From contig JAWBAK010000001.1 of NCBI GenBank assembly GCA_038997165.1, forward strand, positions 32,001 through 96,000: 64,000 nucleotides of DNA. The letters run 5' to 3'. The DNA comes from Candidatus Aenigmatarchaeota archaeon. GTDB taxonomy: Archaea > Aenigmatarchaeota > Aenigmatarchaeia > CG10238-14 > SpSt-28. Numbering within the stretch: position 1 is the stretch's first letter; the number at the start of each line of letters is the position of its first letter. A program made the position numbers and the translations under genes. Below are positions 54,844 through 64,000 of this stretch, piece after piece. The notes beneath the pieces are model-generated. The model saw only the letters and a list, made by a program, of their open reading frames with translations, was not told the DNA's origin and ran no database searches.

Positions 54844-57800
54844 AAAAAATATTAATAATAGCTATATTTTTGTTTTTTGGTTTATTAATATCCTTTTTTA
54901 TTTCAAATTTCACAGGATTTTTTGTTTATAGATATGTAGAAGATAAATGGTGGAATTCTAGTTATAATTTTAGAATTAAAATAGAAATTGATAGTAGTGA
55001 TTATGTTAGAACTAATTGGCCAATAGAGATTTTTATAAATTTTACCAAAAAGTTAGAAGAATTAAATATAAGCGGAAACTTAGATTTAAATTCTTTAAGA
55101 TTAGTTGAATATGATAACAACGGCAATCCAATAGGAATTATTCCATTTCAATTCGATATAGAAGAAAATTTTAACAAATCAAATAATGCAGTTGGAGAGC
55201 TAGTTTTCATTTTAAACGGAACAAACAATGCAAAAAGAAAATTTTATTTATATTTTGACATAGAAGAAAATGGCTTAAAAGAAAGAGTAGAATTTCCAAC
55301 AAATCTTTCTTATTCCATAGAAAACAATTTAATTAAAATTAACACAACCGGATTTATTTTTACATTAGCAAATACATCTAATAAATTTGGTTTTGTAAAT
55401 ATTGAAAGAAAAGAAGAGTTTGGCGGCTTATATATATTTTATCCATCCGATATCCCTTTTGAATATTCAACAACATATAATCAATCCCATCAGTTTTTCT
55501 ATATTCCATATGATTTAGAAATTATTGAAGGTCCAATAAGATTGGGGATAAAAGTAAAAATGGTTGAAATAGATAATTTTGGAAATATAACTGGAATAAA
55601 CTATACGAAGACATATTACTTCTATAATTATGCTGGCCCCGGAAGTTTAGAAGATGTAGCTGCTAATTTAGTTAAGATTAAGCAAAAGTTCTTAGGTAAT
55701 GCTATAAGGTTTTCAAACTATTCTTTTGGATTCGAAGTATCTAATTTATATGGAGATCCTCAAGTAAATATTGGATTTGATGTAAATCTAAACAATCCAT
55801 ACTCATATGCTTATGCATTTAGAGGTTCTTTTAGCGCCATGATAATTAACCTAAATTATTCTAATATAGAATTTTTTGCAAATAGCGATAGCGAAAGTTT
55901 TATAGGTTTTTACTTTAATGAAAATGAAATAAATAATGCTGAGCATATTGGCTTAGCTTTTTTTGGTATATTATCTACACCAGAAGAACAAGAATATCCA
56001 TATAAAATCTTAAATGGATTTTCAAATCCAATAAGTATCAATATTTATAGTACTGAAAATAGAGAAGTTATATTTGGAGTTCATACTGAATTTGATATAT
56101 ATAATAGAGGGGAAAATGTAAAAATTGTTGCATATAACATTTCAGATCCATACAATCTTGTATCTTATGTAATTGCAAGAATTGATAGAGGAACAGAAAA
56201 TGAAAACGATGATATAATTTTAGAATTATTCGATGATGGGCAACATAACGATAATTTACCAAATGATAAAATCTTTGGAAACAACTTTACTATTTTACCT
56301 ATTGATGAAATTGGAATTTGGAAAATAAAAATTTATGTTTTCGATTCTAATAATGTATTGCTAGCAACTAATGAAACTTATTTTAATGTTACAAATATTT
56401 TGCGCGTAGAAACCAATATAATTAATAAACATGGAGATGTTAATAGAATTTTACAAGCTTTAGTTAATGTAAAGAATTTTAGAGAAGATGAAAACATAAC
56501 AAATGCAGAAATAAAATGTTTTGATAATGGAATTGAAAAAGAAATAGATGTATTAAATTTTAATAACGGAACTTATTTAATTTCTATTAATTCCTCTAGT
56601 AATCCAGGATATAATATTTTAAACTGTTCGGCATCATATTTAAATAATAGCGGATATGATTTCGATATATATGATTCCACAGATGTTATAACTTATCTTT
56701 CTATAGAAGCTATTCCAAATTCGTATTTTGCTGAAAACATTACATTTTATTCTAGTGAAAGCTTCAAAGTAATTATAAATGTTACTAATTTACACATAGG
56801 TTACGCTTATGATGTTAACATAACATTTAATACTTCAAATTCCATTGAAGTAATCCCAGAAATAGAATATTGTGATAATATTTACATCGAAGAATATTGT
56901 ACAAAAGAATTTATAGTAATAATAAAAAATGCAACTTTACCTAACGTATATAATATAACTGCTATAGTAAATTGGAGAAATCATGACGAAAGCTATAGCT
57001 CTAACACAACAAATATAACTATTGAAGTAAAGAGTAATAAAATTTTAGAAATTTATCCAGATGAAATTTTTAGTGTGAATCCTCCTGGAAAGGAAACATA
57101 CTTAGGCAAAATAATTCTTAATTCTACTGGAAATGATTTTGTTTATAACATTTCTTTTTCTTCTAATATTACTGATTTAGAGTTTATATTTAATCCAAAT
57201 ATAAGTTATATAGAGCCTGGAAAAATAGTTGAAATAAATGTTAATGTTAGTATTCCATTAGGATATCCTGCTGGAACTTATTATGGAATTATAAATGTTA
57301 GTAGTGAAATTGGATATAAAGAAATTAATTTAACTTTAAAGGTTAGCGGAACAAATGCAACAATAGAAATTTATCCAAATTATTATTTTGCCGAAAATAT
57401 TACAACTTTAACATCGGAAAGCTTTGAAGTTATAATAAATGTTACTAATATAGGAAATGTAGATGCCTTCTTTTCAAACATTTCTATAGAATTGCCAAAT
57501 GACAATTTTTCTTCTAACATAACTTTTTTTGATTGTGGAAATCTATCTGCAAAAGAAAGTTGTATTATATTTGTAAAAATAAATATAAAGGAATTAACAT
57601 TACCAAACATATATGAAATAATTTATTTCTTCAATTGGACTGATATAGGTTTAGAAAGTAGAAGCATAAGTAATAAAACTATTGTTGAAGTAAAGAGTAA
57701 TAAATTTTTAGAAATTTATCCAGATGAATTTATAGTAAGTGCTAATCATAACGAAACTAAAAATATAGGCAAAATAATTCTTAATTCTACTGGAAATGAT

Positions 57801-60566
57801 TTTGTTTATAACATTTCTTTTTCTTCTAATATTACTGATTTAGAGTTTATATTTAATCCAAATATAAGTTATATAGAGCCTGGAAAAATAGTTGAAATAA
57901 ATGTTAATGTTAGTATTCCATTAGGATATCCTGCTGGAACTTATTATGGAATTATAAATGTTAGTAGTGAAATTGGATATAAGGAAATATTGCTTAACAT
58001 AACTATTTTGAGAGATGGGTTTTGGATTATAGATAAGGATTATTGTGAAGCTACGTTTTATCCACCTATTGGAATAGTTTGTGAAATAAATATAGAAAAT
58101 TTGGGAAATATACCATTAAACTTTAATATTACACCAAAAGAAGTAAATTATACCTGGATTAATGTAACTGATTTTACTATTTATCCACAAACAAACTATA
58201 GTTTTGAAATTTATTATGATGTTAGAAATGCTCCATTAGAGTTTATTTATGCTACATATAATATAAGCGCTATAGAAGTGGATGCAATACCTAAGTTTAG
58301 ATTAATAAACATAAGCTTAAGACCATTTATTGGTGCAATAGCAAACCTAACTATTTTTCCAAATATAACTTCGCAATCCTCTAACATAACAATTAATGCT
58401 TCTGTATTCGATAGAAGTGGAATTGGTATGGATTATGTAATTGCAATAATACAAAAACCAGATGGTTTAACAGAGAATATAACATTAACTAAAATCTCGG
58501 AAATCAATAGAACTTCTGTTTGGATAGGAAATTTTAGTAATACTACACTAAGCGGAAAATATTTTGTAATTTTGGAGATGAAGGATAATGCAAACATAAC
58601 TACTTATGCCTATGGTAATTTTTCTGTATATAAAATTCTGTTTCCAAACATATACATTAATAAAGATGAATATGAAAGAGGGGAAAGCATTTCTATATAT
58701 TTTAATTTAGTTGATTATGCCAATATTGGTATTGATAATGCAAGCGTAAGATTAAGAGTATTTAATCCAAGCGGATACAAAATATTCGATGAAATATATG
58801 TAACTGAAAATGGGAAAATTCCTATAGCAGTTATTAATATACCGACAGATGCAGAATTAGGTAGCTATTCTATTATTGCTAACATAAGCTATTACGACGA
58901 AATCAAAGAAGATTTTTCTTATTCGAGTGATTTAAAAAGTTTCTTAGTTGTTGAAAAACCAAAAATTTCTCTTTTTGCAGATTTAGAAACGAGTGTAGTA
59001 TGGTATCCAGAAAATGTAATAAAATTTGCAATGACTTTCTATGATAATAGAGGAAATCTTTTTGATCCAGATTATGCAGAGCTAAACGTTTTTGATCCCG
59101 CAGAAAACTTATATTTTTCAAAAAATATAAGCGAATTTAAAAAAGAAAGCTTAGGTTTCTATACTTTAAAGTATGCAATGCATCCCTATACTGCTACAGG
59201 TGCATACTTAGCTATTTTGAATTTTAGTAAAATGAATATTTCTTCAATAAAAACAAAAATGTTTAGGGTAAGTGCTGGTGGACCTTTTGACTTAAAAGTT
59301 AATCTTCTAAAAAAAGAGGTAGAAAGAGGAGATTTGCTACCTTTTGAAATTACAATAATTAACATGGGTGAAGTTAGTATGGATGTTTTTATTGAATATT
59401 ATGTAAGTGATAAAGATGGTGAAGTTTATTATTATTCTAGTGAATGGATTTATTCGCCAGCAGCATCAAATAAAACAATTTTAAGAAATGTTTATATATT
59501 TTCTAATCAGCCGCTAGGCTTACATTATTTAAATGTTATTATGACTTATGATACTATAAAACCTCCACTAAAAGTTAATGAAAGTTTTATTGTAATTGAG
59601 AAAATTGAAAAACCTGCACCAATACATAAACCGGTTCAACCAACGATACCAATTGTTGAAATTGCTCCAATAACTCCAAATATAACTAAAAATTATAGTA
59701 TCGAATTTTTATATATACCTAAAGAGGTAAGAGTTGCTGCTGGTGAAGAAAAAAGTTTTTTAGTTGTAATAAAAAATGATGGAAATCAACCATTAACTAA
59801 TGTTGAAGTCAAATTATTAGGAATTGATACTAGCTGGTATAAAATAAAAAATGAATCATTAAAGTTTTTTGATGTAAATCAGACTATTATTTTTGAAATA
59901 ATTTTACTAATTCCAAAAAATATAAAGCAACAAGAAATTAACGTTGTGTTTTATTTTAAATCTTTTGAATTTTTTACATCTAAAGAATTTATATTAAAAA
60001 TATTTCCATCTTTAGAAGAAATGTTACTAGATGAATTAAAAGAATTAAAATCAAAATTAATAGATTTAAAAATTAAAACTTATGAAGCAAAAATACAAAA
60101 TAAAAATGTTAGTGAAGTAGAAAAAATAATAACTAAATGCGAAGAATTAATTAAATTAATAGAAGATTTAATCAAATCTAAAGAATATACAGAAGCTAGT
60201 ATAAAACTATATGAATTAAGAAGTTTAATAGATAAAGGTTATTATTTGCTAGAAATTGCTACATTTATAATAAAATTTGAATGGGAAAAATTTTTGTTCA
60301 TCATTACTTTAATAACTATTATTTCTGGAATAATCTCAATAATTATACTCTATGTATTAAATACTAGAAAACTACAAAAAATAACTTATAAAGCTGTCGA
60401 AAGTACAATTCAAGAACTTAAAAAGATAAAATTCGAAAATAAAAAAGAGGAAATAGAAAAAACTAAAAAAATTTTAGATATTCTAGAAAAAGAATATAAA
60501 GAAGGAATTATTTCAAAAGAAACTTACGAAGAATTAAAAAAGAAATATGAAGAAAAATTGAAATAA
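54840..60566 (+). CDS. Large surface protein, 1908 aa: signal, DUF2341-like N-domain, Ig/CARDB-like repeats, TM, SHOCT-like tail
   Basis: WWNSSYNFRIKIEI..FYLYFD; LFDDGQHND..NDKIFG acidic loop; TM FLFIITLITIISGIISIIILYVL; tail EYKEGIISKETYEEL. Confidence 0.85.
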   Translation: MKKILIIAIFLFFGLLISFFISNFTGFFVYRYVEDKWWNSSYNFRIKIEIDSSDYVRTNWPIEIFINFTKKLEELNISGNLDLNSLRLVEYDNNGNPIGIIPFQFDIEENFNKSNNAVGELVFILNGTNNAKRKFYLYFDIEENGLKERVEFPTNLSYSIENNLIKINTTGFIFTLANTSNKFGFVNIERKEEFGGLYIFYPSDIPFEYSTTYNQSHQFFYIPYDLEIIEGPIRLGIKVKMVEIDNFGNITGINYTKTYYFYNYAGPGSLEDVAANLVKIKQKFLGNAIRFSNYSFGFEVSNLYGDPQVNIGFDVNLNNPYSYAYAFRGSFSAMIINLNYSNIEFFANSDSESFIGFYFNENEINNAEHIGLAFFGILSTPEEQEYPYKILNGFSNPISINIYSTENREVIFGVHTEFDIYNRGENVKIVAYNISDPYNLVSYVIARIDRGTENENDDIILELFDDGQHNDNLPNDKIFGNNFTILPIDEIGIWKIKIYVFDSNNVLLATNETYFNVTNILRVETNIINKHGDVNRILQALVNVKNFREDENITNAEIKCFDNGIEKEIDVLNFNNGTYLISINSSSNPGYNILNCSASYLNNSGYDFDIYDSTDVITYLSIEAIPNSYFAENITFYSSESFKVIINVTNLHIGYAYDVNITFNTSNSIEVIPEIEYCDNIYIEEYCTKEFIVIIKNATLPNVYNITAIVNWRNHDESYSSNTTNITIEVKSNKILEIYPDEIFSVNPPGKETYLGKIILNSTGNDFVYNISFSSNITDLEFIFNPNISYIEPGKIVEINVNVSIPLGYPAGTYYGIINVSSEIGYKEINLTLKVSGTNATIEIYPNYYFAENITTLTSESFEVIINVTNIGNVDAFFSNISIELPNDNFSSNITFFDCGNLSAKESCIIFVKINIKELTLPNIYEIIYFFNWTDIGLESRSISNKTIVEVKSNKFLEIYPDEFIVSANHNETKNIGKIILNSTGNDFVYNISFSSNITDLEFIFNPNISYIEPGKIVEINVNVSIPLGYPAGTYYGIINVSSEIGYKEILLNITILRDGFWIIDKDYCEATFYPPIGIVCEINIENLGNIPLNFNITPKEVNYTWINVTDFTIYPQTNYSFEIYYDVRNAPLEFIYATYNISAIEVDAIPKFRLINISLRPFIGAIANLTIFPNITSQSSNITINASVFDRSGIGMDYVIAIIQKPDGLTENITLTKISEINRTSVWIGNFSNTTLSGKYFVILEMKDNANITTYAYGNFSVYKILFPNIYINKDEYERGESISIYFNLVDYANIGIDNASVRLRVFNPSGYKIFDEIYVTENGKIPIAVINIPTDAELGSYSIIANISYYDEIKEDFSYSSDLKSFLVVEKPKISLFADLETSVVWYPENVIKFAMTFYDNRGNLFDPDYAELNVFDPAENLYFSKNISEFKKESLGFYTLKYAMHPYTATGAYLAILNFSKMNISSIKTKMFRVSAGGPFDLKVNLLKKEVERGDLLPFEITIINMGEVSMDVFIEYYVSDKDGEVYYYSSEWIYSPAASNKTILRNVYIFSNQPLGLHYLNVIMTYDTIKPPLKVNESFIVIEKIEKPAPIHKPVQPTIPIVEIAPITPNITKNYSIEFLYIPKEVRVAAGEEKSFLVVIKNDGNQPLTNVEVKLLGIDTSWYKIKNESLKFFDVNQTIIFEIILLIPKNIKQQEINVVFYFKSFEFFTSKEFILKIFPSLEEMLLDELKELKSKLIDLKIKTYEAKIQNKNVSEVEKIITKCEELIKLIEDLIKSKEYTEASIKLYELRSLIDKGYYLLEIATFIIKFEWEKFLFIITLITIISGIISIIILYVLNTRKLQKITYKAVESTIQELKKIKFENKKEEIEKTKKILDILEKEYKEGIISKETYEELKKKYEEKLK
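57103..57982 (+). repeat. 217-bp perfect direct repeat (57103-57319 and 57766-57982), offset 663 nt = 221 codons
   Basis: Base-by-base identical; encodes GKIILNSTGNDFVYN...SSEIGYK twice. Confidence 0.93.
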
Positions 60567-60599
60567 ACCATATTTGTTATTTATAGTGATAAATTATTT

Positions 60600-61367
60600 A
60601 TGGCAGAAATTATAGCCTTTTTATCTGGAAAAGGTGGTGTTGGTAAGACTACTATTGCAATTAACATAGCAAACGTTTTGTCGACATATTTTAGAAGAAA
60701 AGTATTAATTGTCGATACAAATTTTACAACCTCTCATTTGGGTTTAAGTTTAGGAATTTTTTATCCAGAAGGAAATTTAAATAAAGTATTAAGAGGAGAA
60801 ATGAATGTTGAAGATGCTATACATAATTATTCTTTAGGTCTTGACTTATTGCCGCTATCTTTATCTATTAGAGATTTAGAAGGGATTGATATATTAAAAT
60901 TTCCAAGAGTTTTAGAAAGTGTTAATTACCGATATGATTATATAATTTTAGATGCAGCTCCAGGACTCGGAAGAGAAGCTATTTTATCTATTAAAAATGC
61001 TAATAAAATAGTTTATATTGCTCTGCCTATAATGCAAAGTGTTGTAGATATAGTTAGAACTCAAGAAGTTGTAAGAGAGTTTGAAAAAAAAGAATTAGGA
61101 ATTATATTAAACATGGTTAGAAACAAACCTTATGAAATGAGAGATAACGATATTGAAGGATTAACAAATTTAAAAATAATTGGAAAAATTCCATATGATG
61201 AAAGATTTTTAATTTCAAATGCACATAAATTGCCCTATACAACCCTTTATCAAAATAACAAAACTTATGAAGAATTTCTAAAGATTTGTAGTATTTTAAC
61301 AAATCAAAAAATAGAAATTAAAAAAAGTTTGTTTGGAAGAATATTAGAATTTTTATTTAAAAAATAA
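60600..61367 (+). CDS. MinD/ParA family ATPase
   Basis: Deviant Walker A SGKGGVGKTT, YDYIILDAAPG, GIILNMV, GKIPYD; amphipathic C-terminus SLFGRILEFLFKK resembles the MinD membrane-targeting sequence. Confidence 0.93.
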   Translation: MAEIIAFLSGKGGVGKTTIAINIANVLSTYFRRKVLIVDTNFTTSHLGLSLGIFYPEGNLNKVLRGEMNVEDAIHNYSLGLDLLPLSLSIRDLEGIDILKFPRVLESVNYRYDYIILDAAPGLGREAILSIKNANKIVYIALPIMQSVVDIVRTQEVVREFEKKELGIILNMVRNKPYEMRDNDIEGLTNLKIIGKIPYDERFLISNAHKLPYTTLYQNNKTYEEFLKICSILTNQKIEIKKSLFGRILEFLFKK

Positions 61368-61379
61368 TATATATTAATT

Positions 61380-61607
61380 ATGGTTTACAATATAAGTTTA
61401 ACATTAATATTAGCTATATTACTAATTAGTATCTCTTTTTTATTTTTATTAATATATAAAAAAAGAAAGAAGAGTATAGATGAATTAATACAAGAAATTG
61501 AAAATAATCTATTAGATATTAAAAAAAATCTAGAAAATATTCGTTTAATTTTAAAAAAAGAGCAAAAAGAAATAAAGAGAAAACATGCCAGAAAGAGGAG
61601 CATTTGA
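61380..61607 (+). CDS. Small single-TM coiled-coil protein
   Basis: N-terminal hydrophobic helix, KKRKK stop-transfer, short coiled coil. Confidence 0.65.
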   Translation: MVYNISLTLILAILLISISFLFLLIYKKRKKSIDELIQEIENNLLDIKKNLENIRLILKKEQKEIKRKHARKRSI

Positions 61608-63486
61608 AGAATTATTAATAGAAGTTGCTACTAAAATAGCTGAATTAGAAAAAAAAATAAAGAGTGGAAGTTCTGAAGAAATAAAAAGAGTTGAAGAAAA
61701 TCTTCAAAATCAAATAAATGAGCTATCAAAAGTATTAAACGAAATTGCAAACGAAGTTAAGAAAAAAAGAAGAGAAAAAGATCAAACAATAGATTTAATT
61801 AGGTCAAATATTGAAGAAAAATTGAAATTATTCGAGGAAAAACTAAAAAATTTAGAAAGAATTGATTCTATAGAAAGCGAATTAAGAAAATTAAGAGAAG
61901 AAAGAGAAAAAAAAGATGATTTTTTTGGAGATTTGATTAGTGCTTATGAAAAAGAAAAACAATTAAAAATAAGTGATAAAATTGAAGAAATAGATAATAG
62001 ATTAAAAAATTTAGAAGATGTAATAAAATTCGTTAAAGATGAAATCCATAAAATTAGAGAATTGGAAGAAATAAAAAAATCTAATTTAGAACATGAAAGA
62101 AGAATTTCATATTTAGAAAATTTTCTTAAACCAGATAAAATTATAAAATTTGAACAAATAGATAACTTTTTCAACAAGGAACTTCCAAAAAGATTAGATA
62201 AAGAATTTCAAATAAGAGCTGAAGTGCTAATAAAAGATATAAAAAATCTAGAAAACGAAATAAATAAATTAAAAAGTTTTTTATTGAGCAAGTCTGGAGA
62301 AATTGGATTTCTACTAAAAGAGGTTAAAAAAATTTCTGATATAGAAAATAAAATAGAAGAAATTTCAAAAAATACTTATAAACTAAATAATATATTAAAA
62401 GAATTAGAAAACGTAAATCTTATAAATAAAAATGAAGTTGAAATATTAAAATTAAAAATTAATGAAATAGATAAATATGTAAATGAAAATTTAAAAATTT
62501 TTGAAAAAATTAAAAATAACATACATCTATTTCAAAAGATTTTAGATGAACATGAAGATATAAAGAAAAATATTGAAAAAGTAAATGAAAAAATTATTGA
62601 ATATGCAAACGAAATAAAAATATTTGAGGAAAAAATAGAAGAAATTAAAAAAAATCTAAAGAATTTAGTCAGTGAAGATTTATTAAAAGTTGAAATTGAA
62701 AAAAATGAAAACAATTTTAATGAAATAAATAAAAATTTTGAAAAGCTCAAATTAGATTTAAGTTTGATTAAAAAAGAAATTGATAATTTAAAAACATTTT
62801 TTGAAATTAATAAAATACAAAACATTGTAAATAATTTTAATGGAATTTTAAGAAATTTATCTTTAATAAATCAAAGAATTGCAAAACTCGAAAATATTAT
62901 TAATTTAGAAAAAATAGAAGAAAATGAAAAAAATTATAAAAAACTAGATAATAGAATTATAAATTGCGAATTAGAAATAGAAAATATTAAAGAAGCTTTT
63001 CTAAATATTGAGAAATATTATAAAGAAAATATATCTTTTTTAGAGAATGTTAATATAAATTTAAATGCTTTGAAAAAAATATTAGCTGAAACAACCGAAA
63101 AAATAAGAAACTTTGAAAATTTTGTAAATACTAATAATCAAAAATCCAACCAAATTTTAAGTGAATCAGTAAAAATTTTAAAGATTATAAAATCTATTGA
63201 AAAAGAAATAAATGAAAAATTGTTTGAAATAACGAGTATAGAAAATAAAATTAAATCGCTTGAAAATTTAAAAAGAGATGTTGAAGAAATGAAAAAAGTT
63301 TATAGCAATTTTGATGCCAAAAAAATTGAGGAAAAAATATCTAGTATTATCGAAAAAATTAGATATATACAAGAGTTTGATAAAAACGAAATTGAAAGAA
63401 TAAAATTAGATGTAATAAATTTAGAAAAAGAAATAAAAGCACTAGAAAAAAAATATTTAGAAATTATTCAATTTCTTAAAGAATGA
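61585..63486 (+). CDS. Long coiled-coil protein, 633 aa
   Basis: Continuous E/K/I/L/N heptads; no ATPase head or hinge motifs seen. Confidence 0.82.
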   Translation: MPERGAFEELLIEVATKIAELEKKIKSGSSEEIKRVEENLQNQINELSKVLNEIANEVKKKRREKDQTIDLIRSNIEEKLKLFEEKLKNLERIDSIESELRKLREEREKKDDFFGDLISAYEKEKQLKISDKIEEIDNRLKNLEDVIKFVKDEIHKIRELEEIKKSNLEHERRISYLENFLKPDKIIKFEQIDNFFNKELPKRLDKEFQIRAEVLIKDIKNLENEINKLKSFLLSKSGEIGFLLKEVKKISDIENKIEEISKNTYKLNNILKELENVNLINKNEVEILKLKINEIDKYVNENLKIFEKIKNNIHLFQKILDEHEDIKKNIEKVNEKIIEYANEIKIFEEKIEEIKKNLKNLVSEDLLKVEIEKNENNFNEINKNFEKLKLDLSLIKKEIDNLKTFFEINKIQNIVNNFNGILRNLSLINQRIAKLENIINLEKIEENEKNYKKLDNRIINCELEIENIKEAFLNIEKYYKENISFLENVNINLNALKKILAETTEKIRNFENFVNTNNQKSNQILSESVKILKIIKSIEKEINEKLFEITSIENKIKSLENLKRDVEEMKKVYSNFDAKKIEEKISSIIEKIRYIQEFDKNEIERIKLDVINLEKEIKALEKKYLEIIQFLKE

Positions 63487-64000
63487 GTGAAATTCTCGAA
63501 ATATTGAAAAAGAAAAAAGAATATGAAAAAATTAGAGAAGAAATTAAGAATGTATCAAACAAATTAAGTCAATTAGAAAATAATTTTATTTATTTAAATA
63601 GAGAATTTAATAATCTAAAAGAGGAATTTAATAAACTTAAAGAATTAGATCCTATACTTTCAAAATTATTAGAAACTATAAAAAAAATTGAGGAATTTGA
63701 AACAAATATAAAAGAAATTAAAGATTTAAAAGAGAAATTGAAAATAGATTTAGAGAAAAAAACAAAAAAGAAAATAATTAAACTAATAGAAAAATTAAAC
63801 TTAAAAGAAAATATTAAAAAAGATATAGAAAAAGAAATGAATAAAATTTTAAATGAAAAAATTAATGAAATTGAGAAAAAATATTGGAAGGATTTATCTG
63901 AAATAAAGGAATTGAGAAAAAACATTGAAAATTTAAAAATTGAAAAGAATAGATTGAATGAAAAAATTTTTGAGTTTGGAAAAATTGAAAATTATTTAAA
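63483..64000 (+). CDS. Coiled-coil protein (partial, runs off the window)
   Basis: ATG at 63483 overlaps the previous stop (ATGA); MSEILEILKKKKEYEKIREEIKN... stays open to the window end. Confidence 0.78.
   Translation, partial: MSEILEILKKKKEYEKIREEIKNVSNKLSQLENNFIYLNREFNNLKEEFNKLKELDPILSKLLETIKKIEEFETNIKEIKDLKEKLKIDLEKKTKKKIIKLIEKLNLKENIKKDIEKEMNKILNEKINEIEKKYWKDLSEIKELRKNIENLKIEKNRLNEKIFEFGKIENYL

Noticed and set aside
57103..57982. DGR template/variable repeat pair
   Set aside because: The copies are identical with no adenine-specific mismatches, both are in frame in one CDS, and no reverse transcriptase is in the window.
61585..63486. SMC/Rad50 call for the coiled-coil proteins
   Set aside because: No Walker motifs, signature motif, hinge or Zn hook.
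8824..63925. Many 60-130 aa ORFs nested in or antisense to long genes (e.g. 8824, 10563, 13023, 42775, 51538, 53880, 61385, 63590)
   Set aside because: F/S/I/L-rich shadows of E/K/N-rich genes with no motifs, fully overlapping better-supported CDSs.
1..64000. CRISPR arrays, tRNAs, rRNAs, IS elements, provirus
   Set aside because: No repeat-spacer array, cloverleaf, transposase or capsid/terminase motifs seen; intergenic space is minimal.

Overview
Very AT-rich, densely packed archaeal DNA. Gene style suggests a DPANN-type, reduced-genome lineage (inference). Housekeeping genes lie on the left: SerRS, DUF763, a ROK kinase, L40e, DUF99, an RNA m5C methyltransferase, a GlmU-like enzyme, GluRS and a compact type-M-like RNase P RNA. 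Most of the window is a cell-surface locus. It holds a 1902-aa membrane-anchored surface protein, two convergent KaiC/RAD55-like ATPases, and a type IV pilus assembly operon (CBS-wHTH, VirB11/CpaF-type ATPase, two T2SS-F platform proteins) divergent from five class-III-signal pilin-like genes. Next is a 9182-aa giant protein with about 14 Cys-containing ~325-aa repeats, a probable TM segment and a C-terminal HerA/DUF87-type P-loop ATPase. It is followed by a SHOCT-like coiled-coil protein, a 1908-aa surface protein, a MinD-like ATPase and long coiled-coil proteins. The three large proteins share modules, and three locus proteins share SHOCT-like cytoplasmic motifs. The leading hypothesis is a single pilus-associated, ATP-powered host-attachment or translocation apparatus. 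All family calls come from motif recognition by eye; no searches were run.
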